A DNA stretch of 64,000 bases. Source: Capsulimonadales bacterium (GTDB lineage Bacteria; Armatimonadota; Armatimonadia; Armatimonadales; Armatimonadaceae). Both the position numbers and the translations under genes were made by a program. How positions within the stretch are numbered: the stretch's first letter is position 1; every line of letters begins with the position of its first letter. Below, piece by piece: positions 1 through 11,047 of this stretch. Below the pieces are notes generated by a model that was not told where the DNA came from, did no database searches, and saw only the letters and a list, made by a program, of their open reading frames with translations. Where the stretch lies: assembly GCA_033762295.1 (NCBI GenBank), contig JANRLW010000020.1, positions 1-64,000 of the forward strand, written 5' to 3'.

Positions 1-1713
1 AAGCCCGTTCACATCCCCCTCACTACTGGGCTGCTTGAGTGCGCTGAACGAACGCCGATGCAGTTCGCTAATAAACGAGTACGGGATACGGAGCGCATAG
101 TACCGCACACCGTCCATCTCCAGGTAATCCTGCTGGAAATCGAAAACGGCTTTGGGGGCGACGATGCAAAACTCGTCGCCCCCCTTTCCGCCGACGATCT
201 CATGGATGTTCTGAACGAACTCTTCATCAACTCGCTGTCCGGGCCGTTCGTGGTGGTTGAAGACCAGAACACTTGCCCCGCGCCGCTTGCCATCCAGCGT
301 CAACCCGTTGACTACGTGCGGCTCGTCCCTGCACTCAAACAATGCCAAAGCGAAGAAACGCCAGTCCTTCCACGGCAGGGTTTTCAGAGTCGCAAAGTCG
401 TACAAACCCGCGTTGCAAAGGTCGAAAGGCTTGGGGGAAAGGGATTTGCCTTTGTTCCCAATTTCAGCCTTCAGGCTCAACATTCGCTTCTGAATTGTAT
501 GGACAGCGAGTTTACCGCTGTCTATAGCAATCCATCGTCGCCCCAATTTTTCACCGACAGCGGGGGTAGTACCTGAACCCGCGAAGGCATCCAATACAAG
601 GTCACCCTCGTCAGAAGCCAACTCAATAACCTGCGCCAGCAAGGCTTCATTCTTCTCAGTTGGGTACTTTGTGCTTGAAGCATAGACGGGTATGCCCGCC
701 CAAACTGTATCTGCTAAACGATCTTTCGCAGGCGCACGCCAGTATTGAGGCGAACCATCTTCAGGGTTCCGCCGCACGAAACGCAGTGTAGAACCAGTGT
801 CTCGCCAATACTCCGCTAATGTGCGCCCACCTCCTTCTTCAAGGAATCGCTCATAGTTCTCTACGGCCTGCATCCCTGTTTCTTTGCCCCAAACCCACTG
901 ACCTGTTTTGGGTGTGACCCCAAACAGTTCATAGCGCATAGTTTGTCTATCGGCGGTACTCCAAAAATGATGCCAGTGACCTTCGGGGTTACCAGCGTTG
1001 TGCTTTTGAATCCAAAGTTTTCCAAACTTTGTTGCGCCCGTTCTACTGTACCAAAGCAACGTATCATGACGGACATTCAGGCGGCTTATTGTCTCAAACT
1101 GTTGTTGCAAGTTTTTTGATGCTCGCCCTGGAAGCATAATTTCATTGCGAAAATTATGCTCTCCAAAAACTTCATCAAGAATTGTTTTGATATAGTGAGC
1201 CTTACGTTGGTCTAAATGAACAAAAACACCGCCGTTTGGCGAGAGTAGCTCACGCAACATAACCAATCGTTGCCGTATGAACTCTATAAATCTCGCGCCG
1301 TCAAGTTTGTCTTGATATGCACGTTGCTATTTATTGGTCGCAAACTCTTGCTTAGAAGCAAACGGGGGGTCTATGTAAACACGGCGAACTCCTTCGCTAC
1401 CATCCGCGTTCTTCAACGCGCCTCGTTTTTTCATGGTCAGCAACGTCTTCATGGCTTGGAGGTTGTCGCCGAAGATCAACAGGTTGCGCCAGTCAGTCGC
1501 GTCAGGAGTGGCCGCGCCGAATGTGCGGACAGGCTGAAGCGGAACCGCCATCGTATCCGCCAGTATGTCGGCTTCGCGCTCCTTGCCGCCATACACGAGT
1601 TCGTACTCGCGCCGCTCCGGGGGGAACAAGAATCGCTGATACTCCAGCGGCACGTCCTCGCCGCGCATGAGCAGGTCTACTATCTCATCTCGGATGTCGT
1701 CAGGTAATGTCAT
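1..1713 (-). pseudogene. Site-specific DNA methyltransferase (beta-class N6/N4, type III Mod-like) interrupted by one in-frame TAG; 3' end runs off the window
   Basis: ORF 1327-1713 carries NLLIFGDNL and YIDPPF. Manual translation through TAG (1327-1329) continues in frame QRAYQDK...FVHLDQRKAHYIKTILDEVFGEHNFRNEI...YPTEKNEALL...GDLVLDAFAGSGTT...GRRWIAID to position 1 with no further stop. Confidence 0.85.
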
Positions 1714-1966
1714 AAGCGTTTTCAGGTAGTTGAGCGGCCTCTCCCGGCCCGCCCTTTTTCCTGATCCAGTATAGGACAGGAACTACCTGCGCGGTAGGCA
1801 AAGCGGAAACGGAAGGCAAACAATTAAATAGCACAGGCACAAACAAATAACCTTTGCGACGAGGGCGTTACCCAGGAATCATTTTGAAGTTTGCGTCGTC
1901 CGGCGTAGACTGGGGAGGTACTACTTAGGTGATAAAATTGGTCTTCTTAGTCGGTTATACCCATAG

Positions 1967-3409
<1,443 letters not shown>

Positions 3410-3421
3410 TTGGTGAAATGA

Positions 3422-3445
3422 CGGCCACCCGGAACCGGGTGGCCG
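3422..3445. terminator. GC-rich inverted repeat downstream of metY (terminator or stabilising hairpin)
   Basis: CGGCCACCCGG-AA-CCGGGTGGCCG, perfect 11-bp IR; no clear U tract. Confidence 0.5.
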
Positions 3446-3467
3446 CTGCGCACAGTATAGATTAGAC

Positions 3468-4229
3468 GTGAAAGCCTCGCGCAAGGATGCCTTTACACTG
3501 ATCGAACTGCTGGTCGCCCTGGCGATCGTATCGCTGCTGGCGGCGATCCTGATGCCCATTTTCCTTCGGACCCGCGAACTGTCGCGCCGGACCGCCTGCC
3601 TGTCGAATCTCCGCCAGATCGGACACGCTTTCGCCGCCTACGGTGCGGACCATAACGAGGCGTTCCCCAACAATGGAGACCCGTACCTCTGGATAGGGCG
3701 TCGGTTTCGCTGGCCGATCATGCCGTATCTGGCGATCGGTCAACGCAAACGCGACGGCGGGTTCGATGCCCGGACCCGGTCGGACTTGTTGCGCTGTCCC
3801 TCCGACCCCGAAACCAACCGGTTCGATGAGACCTCTTACGCCTACTCCGCCGTGTTCTACCGTCATCCGGAGACGGTCAACCGGATGCGCCTGACCGACC
3901 TGATCCCCGCCGAACCGCCGTCGCCCTTTCCCTGCGAAACGCAGACCCTCGCCTCGGTGAGTTTCCCCTCCCAAAAGGTCCTCGCGTTCGAATGGAATAA
4001 CGGCCATGACTTTACCGGCGCGGCGCGGGCGACCGGTCCCTGGGGAACGCTGACCGCCGACCGACAACCCGGACCCGACCGCTGGTCCGGGCGACGAATG
4101 GCCCTGTTTGTCGACGGTCATGCCCGTCATGTTCCCGTTCGACGGATGACCCCCTCCGTCGACGATGCGCCCGACCCCAACCTGACCCCCAACGGCGTAC
4201 GCGGGGTCGACCTGCGCGAATCCCCGTAA
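3468..4229 (+). CDS. Prepilin-type N-terminal cleavage/methylation protein (DUF1559 / H-X9-DG-like)
   Basis: [37 protein letters not shown]-terminal ALFVDGH. Confidence 0.88.
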   Translation: MKASRKDAFTLIELLVALAIVSLLAAILMPIFLRTRELSRRTACLSNLRQIGHAFAAYGADHNEAFPNNGDPYLWIGRRFRWPIMPYLAIGQRKRDGGFDARTRSDLLRCPSDPETNRFDETSYAYSAVFYRHPETVNRMRLTDLIPAEPPSPFPCETQTLASVSFPSQKVLAFEWNNGHDFTGAARATGPWGTLTADRQPGPDRWSGRRMALFVDGHARHVPVRRMTPSVDDAPDPNLTPNGVRGVDLRESP

Positions 4230-4237
4230 AATTCCCC

Positions 4238-4278
4238 TTGACAAATTCTCATATTGATTATATTCTCATTGTGAGAAT
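4238..4278 (+). promoter_or_regulatory. Sigma70 promoter overlapped by two tandem palindromic operators
   Basis: TTGACA (4238-4243), 17-nt spacer, TATTCT (4261-4266); ATTCTCA-tat-TGATTAT (4245-4261) and ATTCTCA-ttg-TGAGAAT (4262-4278). Confidence 0.75.
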
Positions 4279-4876
4279 GGGAAACGATCCGACCGGCGAC
4301 TCGTTACGAAAGGCTGAGGCGTTGCTGCACCCCGTCCGGTTGCGCATCGTCAAAGTCCTGCAAACCGGGAGTAAAACGCCCGGACAGATTGCGGCGTTGC
4401 TTCCCGAAGTGGCGCAGGCGACCCTGTACCGCCACATCGCCCGCCTCGAGGAGGCGGGAGTGATAACGGTCATCGAACGCCGTCAGGTACACGGTACGGT
4501 GGAGCGTGTCTTCGATTTGATCCCCGAACGGGCGGTGTTCAACCACCAGGAACTGTCGAGCGTCCCTCCCGATGAGAAGATCGTGCTGGCGCGTCTGTTC
4601 TTCGGAGAGCTGATTGCGCTGTTCGAACGCTACTTCCGAAACCGATCGTCCGACCTGAGCCGCGATCATGTCGTGATGTACGAACAGGCGGCTCATCTGA
4701 CACCGGAGGAGGCGCAAAAGGTGCGAGAGGAGATGCGTAACCTGATGGATCGGTATGTGTCCAACCCTCCGAACGCGGAGAGACGGCCTTACAGTCTGAC
4801 CGTCGTCTCGGTGCCCGAGGTCGCTCCGGAAGCCGCACAGGGCAGGCCGGCGAAAAGGAAGAAGTCGGATGATTGA
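4277..4876 (+). CDS. ArsR/HTH_20-type helix-turn-helix transcriptional regulator
   Basis: LLHPVRLRIV...VAQATLYRHIARLEEAGVI...VHGTVERVF winged HTH; first gene of the operon. Confidence 0.85.
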   Translation: MGNDPTGDSLRKAEALLHPVRLRIVKVLQTGSKTPGQIAALLPEVAQATLYRHIARLEEAGVITVIERRQVHGTVERVFDLIPERAVFNHQELSSVPPDEKIVLARLFFGELIALFERYFRNRSSDLSRDHVVMYEQAAHLTPEEAQKVREEMRNLMDRYVSNPPNAERRPYSLTVVSVPEVAPEAAQGRPAKRKKSDD

Positions 4877-5648
4877 AGTCAAGGAAATCGGAAAGACGTT
4901 CCAGGATAAAAAGCGGGGTGAAGTGGTCGCGGTCGAGAACGTCACGTTCACGGCGCACCCCGGAGAGATCTTCGGGGTTCTGGGGCCGAACGGGGCGGGC
5001 AAGACGACCCTGTTGCGGATGCTGGCCACCATGTTACAGCCGACGCACGGTACCGCCTTGATTATGGGGCACGATGTCCGGACGGCGCCGGAAAAGGTAC
5101 GTGAGAACATCGGCTTCCTTACCGGCAGCGCCGGGCTGTACGAACGGCTGACGCCCCGGGAGATGCTGACCTATTTCGGCGAACTCAACGGTCTTCGTTC
5201 GGATGTGATCGCCGCCCGGATACGGGAGGTCTGTGCGACCCTGGAGATGGAGGAGTTTATCGACCGGCGGGCCGACAAACTGTCGACCGGTCAGAAGCAG
5301 CGCACCTCGATCGCTCGCGCCATCCTGCATAACCCGCCCGTTCTGTTTTTCGACGAACCCACCAGCGGCCTGGATATCATGGCGGCGCGTACGGTCGTTC
5401 GCTTTATCCGACGCTGCCGCAACGAGGGACGGACGGTCCTGTTTTCGACCCATATCATGAGCGAAGTCGAGGCCCTCTGCGACCGTATCGCGATTATCTA
5501 CCAGGGGAAGGTCGCTGCGATCGGCACTCTGGCCGAGTTAAGGGACCGAACCGGCGAAACGCTGTTTGAAAACGTCTTCCTCAAATTGATCGGTGAGACG
5601 CCGGATGTGGCGTCCGAGCCTTTTGGCACTACTCTTTTCGGAAAGTGA
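4869..5648 (+). CDS. ABC transporter ATP-binding protein (NatA-like)
   Basis: Walker A GPNGAGKTT, signature LSTGQKQR, Walker B FFDEPT, STH switch. Confidence 0.92.
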   Translation: MIEVKEIGKTFQDKKRGEVVAVENVTFTAHPGEIFGVLGPNGAGKTTLLRMLATMLQPTHGTALIMGHDVRTAPEKVRENIGFLTGSAGLYERLTPREMLTYFGELNGLRSDVIAARIREVCATLEMEEFIDRRADKLSTGQKQRTSIARAILHNPPVLFFDEPTSGLDIMAARTVVRFIRRCRNEGRTVLFSTHIMSEVEALCDRIAIIYQGKVAAIGTLAELRDRTGETLFENVFLKLIGETPDVASEPFGTTLFGK

Positions 5649-5655
5649 TTCCCTG

Positions 5656-7692
5656 ATGTATCGAAATTTCTTTCACCGGATGACGGGATTCGCGGTGGCC
5701 GCGCTGCTGCTGAGCGGCTCTTCCGCCATTGCCCAGCCCGGGGTCGATGTCTCCACGATCGACCGGTCGGTCAAGCCGACCGAGGACTTTTATCGTTTTG
5801 CCAACGGCCTGTGGCTGGACAAAACGGTGATTCCGGCCGCCTACCCGCAGTACGGTACGTTCGCCGAACTGACCGACCGCAGTCAGGAGGCGTTGCGCAA
5901 GGTGGTGGAGAAGGCGGCGGAGGACGCGCGTAGCGGCAAGGCTGCGCCGGGGACGAACGCCCGCAAGGTCGGCGATTTCTATCGCATCGGCCTCGATGAG
6001 GAGCGGGCGAACCGTCTCGGGATCGAACCGATCCGCCCGGAACTCGACCGTATCGCCCGGATTCGGGACGTCGGCGAACTGCTGGAAACCATCGCATTTC
6101 TTCACCGCGAAGGGATCGAGGCCGGGTTCAGCGCGGGACCCGGACCGGATTTGAAAAACAGCAGCCGGTATATCGCCAACATCGGGCAGGGCGGACTCGG
6201 ACTCCCCGATCGGGATTATTACGTCAAGACCGATGAAGCCACGGTCGGTATCCGAAAAGGGTATCAGGAGCACGTGGCGAAGATGCTGGCGCTGCTCGGC
6301 GATTCTCCCGCCGACGCGGCGCAGTCCGCCGAACGGATCATGGCGATCGAGACCCGGCTGGCAAAGGCCTCCCTGACGGGGGTCGAGCGGCGCGACCCGA
6401 ACGCCAGCTACCACCTGATGAGCGCCGAAGAGGTGCTGAAGCGCTTCCCCGGCGTACCGTTCGATCGGTACCGGAAAACGCTCGGGTTTCCGGAGAAGGG
6501 GGACGTCAACTTCGCCCATCCGACGTTCTTCAAGGAGTTTCATACGCTCCTGACGGAAGTGCCGCTCGATCACTGGAAGGCGTATCTGCGCTGGCATCTG
6601 ATCGCCACGACCGGTCGCTATCTGAGCCAGCCGTTTATCGAAGAGCGATTTCGTTTCGGCAGCGCGATGACCGGACAGAAGGAACTGCTTCCCCGATGGA
6701 AACGGGTGCTGGCGGTGACCGATGAAAATCTCGGTGAAGCGATCGGCCAGCTCTACGTACAGGAAAACTTTCCGCCGGAAGCCAAGGAAAAGGCGCTTAC
6801 CCTGGTGCGTAACCTGATCGGGGCGTTAAAGGAGCGGATCACCGCCCTCGACTGGATGAGCGCACCGACCAAAGAGCAGGCGTTGCGGAAACTCGGCAAG
6901 ATCGCGATCAAGATCGGCTATCCGGATAAGTGGCGCGATTATTCGGCACTGGAGGTGGCGACCGATTCCTACTGGCGGAACGTGGCGCGCGCGCATGAGT
7001 TTGAAACCGAACGCCTGCTGCGGAAAATCGGGAAACCGGTCGATCGTGGCGAGTGGGGAATGACTCCGCCGACGGTCAACGCCTATTACAATCCGTTGCT
7101 GAACGAGATCGTCTTTCCGGCCGGAATCCTCCAACCGCCGTTCTTTGACCCGAAGGCGGACGACGCCAGCAACTACGGCGCGATCGGAATGGTGATCGGG
7201 CACGAGTTGACCCATGGTTTCGACGACCAGGGCAGAAAGTTCGATGCCGAAGGGAACCTGCGCGACTGGTGGACACCGGACGATGCGTCCAAATTCCAGG
7301 AGCGAAGCGCGGTGTTGATCAAGCAGTTCTCCGCCTATTCGCCGATCGAGGGCGTGAACGTCAACGGCGCTCTGACTCTGGGGGAGAACATTGCCGACCT
7401 GGGGGGTCTGAACGTGGCGTACCAGGCGTATCTCAAGGCGCTCGGCGGGAAGGAACCACCCGTTATCGCCGGTTTCACGGGCAAACAGCGTTTCTTCCTG
7501 GCGTTCGCTCAGGCGTGGCGGGTGAAAACCCGTCCGGAGATGGCGCGGATGCTGGTGACCATCGACCCGCATTCGCCGGGCCTTTTCCGGGTCAAAGGCA
7601 CCCTGACCAATGTGCCGATGTTCTGGGAGGCGTTCGGCGCGGACCCGGCCAAAGCCTCACCGGCCGGCGGCAAATTCATATCCATCTGGTGA
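5656..7692 (+). CDS. M13 family metalloendopeptidase (PepO/neprilysin-like), exported
   Basis: Signal peptide; GLGLPDRDYY, VNAYY, HELTH zinc motif, GENIADLGG. Confidence 0.93.
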   Translation: MYRNFFHRMTGFAVAALLLSGSSAIAQPGVDVSTIDRSVKPTEDFYRFANGLWLDKTVIPAAYPQYGTFAELTDRSQEALRKVVEKAAEDARSGKAAPGTNARKVGDFYRIGLDEERANRLGIEPIRPELDRIARIRDVGELLETIAFLHREGIEAGFSAGPGPDLKNSSRYIANIGQGGLGLPDRDYYVKTDEATVGIRKGYQEHVAKMLALLGDSPADAAQSAERIMAIETRLAKASLTGVERRDPNASYHLMSAEEVLKRFPGVPFDRYRKTLGFPEKGDVNFAHPTFFKEFHTLLTEVPLDHWKAYLRWHLIATTGRYLSQPFIEERFRFGSAMTGQKELLPRWKRVLAVTDENLGEAIGQLYVQENFPPEAKEKALTLVRNLIGALKERITALDWMSAPTKEQALRKLGKIAIKIGYPDKWRDYSALEVATDSYWRNVARAHEFETERLLRKIGKPVDRGEWGMTPPTVNAYYNPLLNEIVFPAGILQPPFFDPKADDASNYGAIGMVIGHELTHGFDDQGRKFDAEGNLRDWWTPDDASKFQERSAVLIKQFSAYSPIEGVNVNGALTLGENIADLGGLNVAYQAYLKALGGKEPPVIAGFTGKQRFFLAFAQAWRVKTRPEMARMLVTIDPHSPGLFRVKGTLTNVPMFWEAFGADPAKASPAGGKFISIW

Positions 7693-7722
7693 TCGATCCG
7701 TGATCGTCGAAGGCAGGGAAGC

Positions 7723-8901
7723 ATGTCGAATCGAATGATGGTGGTGTTCCTGAAGGAACTCCGCGAGATCTTCCGCGACGGGCGAAGTCGCTTCAACCTG
7801 ATCGTCTCGCCGCTCATTGTGACGCCCCTGATCATTCTCCTGATCGGGAACGTCGTGAAACAGCAGGCGACGAAGTCAAAAAACGAAGCGATCGCGGTAG
7901 GGATCGTCGTCGGAAAAGGCGCGGAGGAGACGCGAAAAACGATCCAAACCGGGGATAAGATCCGGCTGGAACCGGTCACGCGGGAGGAGGCGGAGGAGAA
8001 GATCCGTACGCGGAAGCTGAAAGCCGCTCTCCTCCTCCCGGACAACGCCGACGAGGACCTGAAGGGGATGCGTCCGATCAAAGTGCGTCTCCTGATCGAC
8101 GAGGGCAGCGAGTCGTCACAAAGCGCGGCCCAGCGGATCACCGAGCAGGTCACGCAGTCCGGGCAGTTGCTGACAGCGGAGCGGCTGCATGAAAACGGAC
8201 TGTCGATGGAGATCGCGAAACCGTTCGACACGGTCCGCGAACCGATCAAGGGCGGAGGCAATGTCGGCGCGGTGCTTCTGGCGACCACTCTGCCGTACAT
8301 GCTGGCGATCTATGCGATCATGGGCGGCATTTCGGCGGCGAACGATTCGGTGGCCGGAGAAAAGGAGCGAGGCACTCTGGAGACGCTTCTGGTGTCGGCG
8401 GTCTCGCGTCGCGACCTGGTCCTCGGGAAGTTCAACGCCATCGCCGTCTCGGCTCTGATCTCCAGTTGTCTCAGCGTCGTCGGGCTGTTCGTCGGATTGA
8501 ACATGCAGAATAATTCGCAGCTCAACTTCACGCTGAAACCCGTCGCCGTGATTGCGATCCTGCTCGTGCAGATTCCGCTGGCGGTCCTGGGTTCGGGGAT
8601 GCTGCTCGCCATCTCCACTTATGCCCGTAACCAGAAGGAAGCGCAGACCTATCTGGCGCCGGTGCTGGTCGCCGTGACGGTCGCCGCGATGCTGTCGATG
8701 TTTCTCAAAGCGGATTCGGGGATCGTCTTTGCGATCGTTCCGATTTTGAATGCGGCGCTGGTTTTGAAAGCATCGCTCGACGGCACCTTCAATATTCTCT
8801 TTATCACCCTGGCCTGTATCACCTCGGTCCTCTACGCCGGAGTCGCGGTGGTGGCGGCCATACGGATGTTCGAGCAGGAAAGCGTGCTGATGAAGGCGTA
8901 G
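7723..8901 (+). CDS. ABC-2 type permease (NatB-like)
   Basis: VFLKELREIFRD, AGEKERGTLETLL, KEAQTY; multiple TM helices. Confidence 0.9.
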   Translation: MSNRMMVVFLKELREIFRDGRSRFNLIVSPLIVTPLIILLIGNVVKQQATKSKNEAIAVGIVVGKGAEETRKTIQTGDKIRLEPVTREEAEEKIRTRKLKAALLLPDNADEDLKGMRPIKVRLLIDEGSESSQSAAQRITEQVTQSGQLLTAERLHENGLSMEIAKPFDTVREPIKGGGNVGAVLLATTLPYMLAIYAIMGGISAANDSVAGEKERGTLETLLVSAVSRRDLVLGKFNAIAVSALISSCLSVVGLFVGLNMQNNSQLNFTLKPVAVIAILLVQIPLAVLGSGMLLAISTYARNQKEAQTYLAPVLVAVTVAAMLSMFLKADSGIVFAIVPILNAALVLKASLDGTFNILFITLACITSVLYAGVAVVAAIRMFEQESVLMKA

Positions 8902-8902
8902 C

Positions 8903-10276
8903 ATGGAAAGGCGTATGAATCGAAAAATCCTTCGGGCGAGTCTGTTTGCGTTCGCCCTGACAACTCTGACGGCGGGCCAACCGGCGCGTTGCGCCGAACC
9001 GCCGACGGCTCCGAAAACGACGCTGGATCGAAAGACGCGGGAGGAGGTCTTCGAGATCGTCTGGTCCCGGATCAATGAGCGGTTCTTCGATCCGAAGTTC
9101 AACGGGACGGACTGGGGACTGATGCGGCGGCGTTACGCGCCCCAGGCGGCGGAAGCCGCGACCGACCAGGCATTCTACGAGGTGCTCGAGCGGATGCTCG
9201 GGGAACTGCGTCAATCGCATATCGGGATCATTCCTCCCGAAGCCTATGCCGACGAGGAGAAGGAGCAGGACGCGGCCGATCGACCGGGAACCGTCGGACT
9301 GATCGCTCAGTGGGTCGAGGAGAAGCCGATCATCACCCGGGTCGCGCCGGGCAGCCCTGCGGCCAGAGCCGGTCTTCGCCCGGGGTATGTCCTGACGGCG
9401 ATCGGCAATCTCCGAATGGAGGACCTGATTCCCCGCCTTCGAAAACGGGCGAAGACCGACCGGGACTTTGCGACCTATGTCCGACTCACCGTTCCGCGCC
9501 TGATCGACGGCGCGGTCGATTCGGACGTGACGCTGGAGTATCTGGACGGCGACGATAAACCCGGAACGGTGACCCTGAAACGAGTCCCGGTGGGTGGAAC
9601 GGTCGCGCGTTTCGGCGAACTGCCGCCCATGCCGGTCGAGACCGAGGCGAAACGGCTGGCCGGAGGAATCGGGTATGTCCGCGCCAATATCTTCATGATG
9701 CCGATCCTGGAACCGATCCGTAAAGCGGTGCGGGAGATGAAGGACGCTCCGGGGATCGTTCTGGACCTTCGGGGCAATCCGGGCGGGATCGGCGCACTGG
9801 CCAACGCGATCGGCGGGTCTTTTTTCGCCACGGAAACCAACCTGGGGACCATGAAACTCCGACGGGGGAACATAAATTTCCTCTCTTATCCGCAACCCAC
9901 GGTCTACCGGGGACCGCTGGTCATCCTCACCGACGAGGGATCGGTCAGCACCTCGGAGATTCTGGCCGGCGGTTTCCAGGAAAAGGGACGGGCCTACGTC
10001 ATCGGCGAGGCGACGGCGGGCATGGTCCTGCCCTCGGTGGTGGAGGCGTTGCCGGGCGGCGCGCGTTTGCAGTATGCCTTCGCGGATTATCGAACGCCGA
10101 AAGGCATCCTGCTGGAGGGACGGGGCGTCCTCCCGAATCGGCGCGTTTCCCTGACCCGGGCGGCGCTCCTGAACGGTGAGGACCCGGCGCTGGCCGAAGC
10201 GATCCGTTACATCAATGCGCAGGCGGAGGCCAGACGTCGGCGCAACCCCAATAAAGGAGTCGGAAAGAAACCGTGA
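8903..10276 (+). CDS. S41 family peptidase with PDZ domain, exported
   Basis: Signal peptide; PGSPAARAGLRPG PDZ; LDLRGNPGG; SVSTSE catalytic serine region; EGRGVLP. Confidence 0.88.
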   Translation: MERRMNRKILRASLFAFALTTLTAGQPARCAEPPTAPKTTLDRKTREEVFEIVWSRINERFFDPKFNGTDWGLMRRRYAPQAAEAATDQAFYEVLERMLGELRQSHIGIIPPEAYADEEKEQDAADRPGTVGLIAQWVEEKPIITRVAPGSPAARAGLRPGYVLTAIGNLRMEDLIPRLRKRAKTDRDFATYVRLTVPRLIDGAVDSDVTLEYLDGDDKPGTVTLKRVPVGGTVARFGELPPMPVETEAKRLAGGIGYVRANIFMMPILEPIRKAVREMKDAPGIVLDLRGNPGGIGALANAIGGSFFATETNLGTMKLRRGNINFLSYPQPTVYRGPLVILTDEGSVSTSEILAGGFQEKGRAYVIGEATAGMVLPSVVEALPGGARLQYAFADYRTPKGILLEGRGVLPNRRVSLTRAALLNGEDPALAEAIRYINAQAEARRRRNPNKGVGKKP

Positions 10277-11022
10277 AACGAAACCTGTCGATTGTTCTGT
10301 GCTTTGTCGCCGCGTCCTCGGCGTCGGCGCAAAAAACCCCGGCGACGGGGTCTGCGGCGAAGCCGTCCATCAGTCCGGCCGCCGTTCTGGACCGGTATGT
10401 CGAAGTGACCGGTGGCAAGGCGGCTTATGCCCGCCTCAAGACGATCGTCATGAAGGGAACCATCGCCGTTACCGCCCAGAACCTGAAGGGAACCGTGGAC
10501 GTTCGGGCCAAAGCACCGAACAAATTCTACACCGTTCAGGAAATCAAGGACGTCACCAAAACGACGATGGCGTTTGACGGAAAACGTGGGTGGTCGAAGA
10601 ACAACCTTCAGGGGTTGCGCGACATTACGGGCAGCGAACTTCAGCAGTTGAAGGATCAGGCGTTGTTCAACAGCTCGGTCCGCTGGCGCGAACTCTATCC
10701 GAAGGTCGAAATGATCGGTATCCGCAAGGTGGACGGCAAGGACACGTACGCCATTCGCCTGACTCCCAAAGTCGGCAAACCGACCGTCCAGTACCATGAT
10801 ACGAAGACGTTTCTGATCGTGCGAACCGATTCCGTCCAGGAATCGCCGCAGGGAACCCTGCCGGTGGAATCCTACCTGTCGGATTACCGGGCGGTCGATG
10901 GCGTCAAGACCCCGTTCCGGGTCCGTTCGCGGGTCGCTGCGGCGGAGATTATCACCGAAATCACCGAAGTTCGCAACAATGTGCCGGTTCCGGACAGTCT
11001 TTTCGTCAAACCGAAGGAGTGA
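10273..11022 (+). CDS. Exported LolA-like / outer-membrane lipoprotein-sorting fold protein
   Basis: Signal peptide; LDRYVEVTGG, KAPNK, AFDGKRGW, YLSDYRAVDGVKTPF pattern; overlaps the S41 stop (GTGA). Confidence 0.65.
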   Translation: MKRNLSIVLCFVAASSASAQKTPATGSAAKPSISPAAVLDRYVEVTGGKAAYARLKTIVMKGTIAVTAQNLKGTVDVRAKAPNKFYTVQEIKDVTKTTMAFDGKRGWSKNNLQGLRDITGSELQQLKDQALFNSSVRWRELYPKVEMIGIRKVDGKDTYAIRLTPKVGKPTVQYHDTKTFLIVRTDSVQESPQGTLPVESYLSDYRAVDGVKTPFRVRSRVAAAEIITEITEVRNNVPVPDSLFVKPKE

Positions 11023-11047
11023 CCGGGCGCGTTACGGAGAGTGCCGA

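Noticed and set aside
1327..1329. Pyrrolysine or genetic-code reassignment of TAG
   Set aside because: It is a single non-catalytic position, TAG ends many ordinary genes in the window, and no pyl genes are present here.
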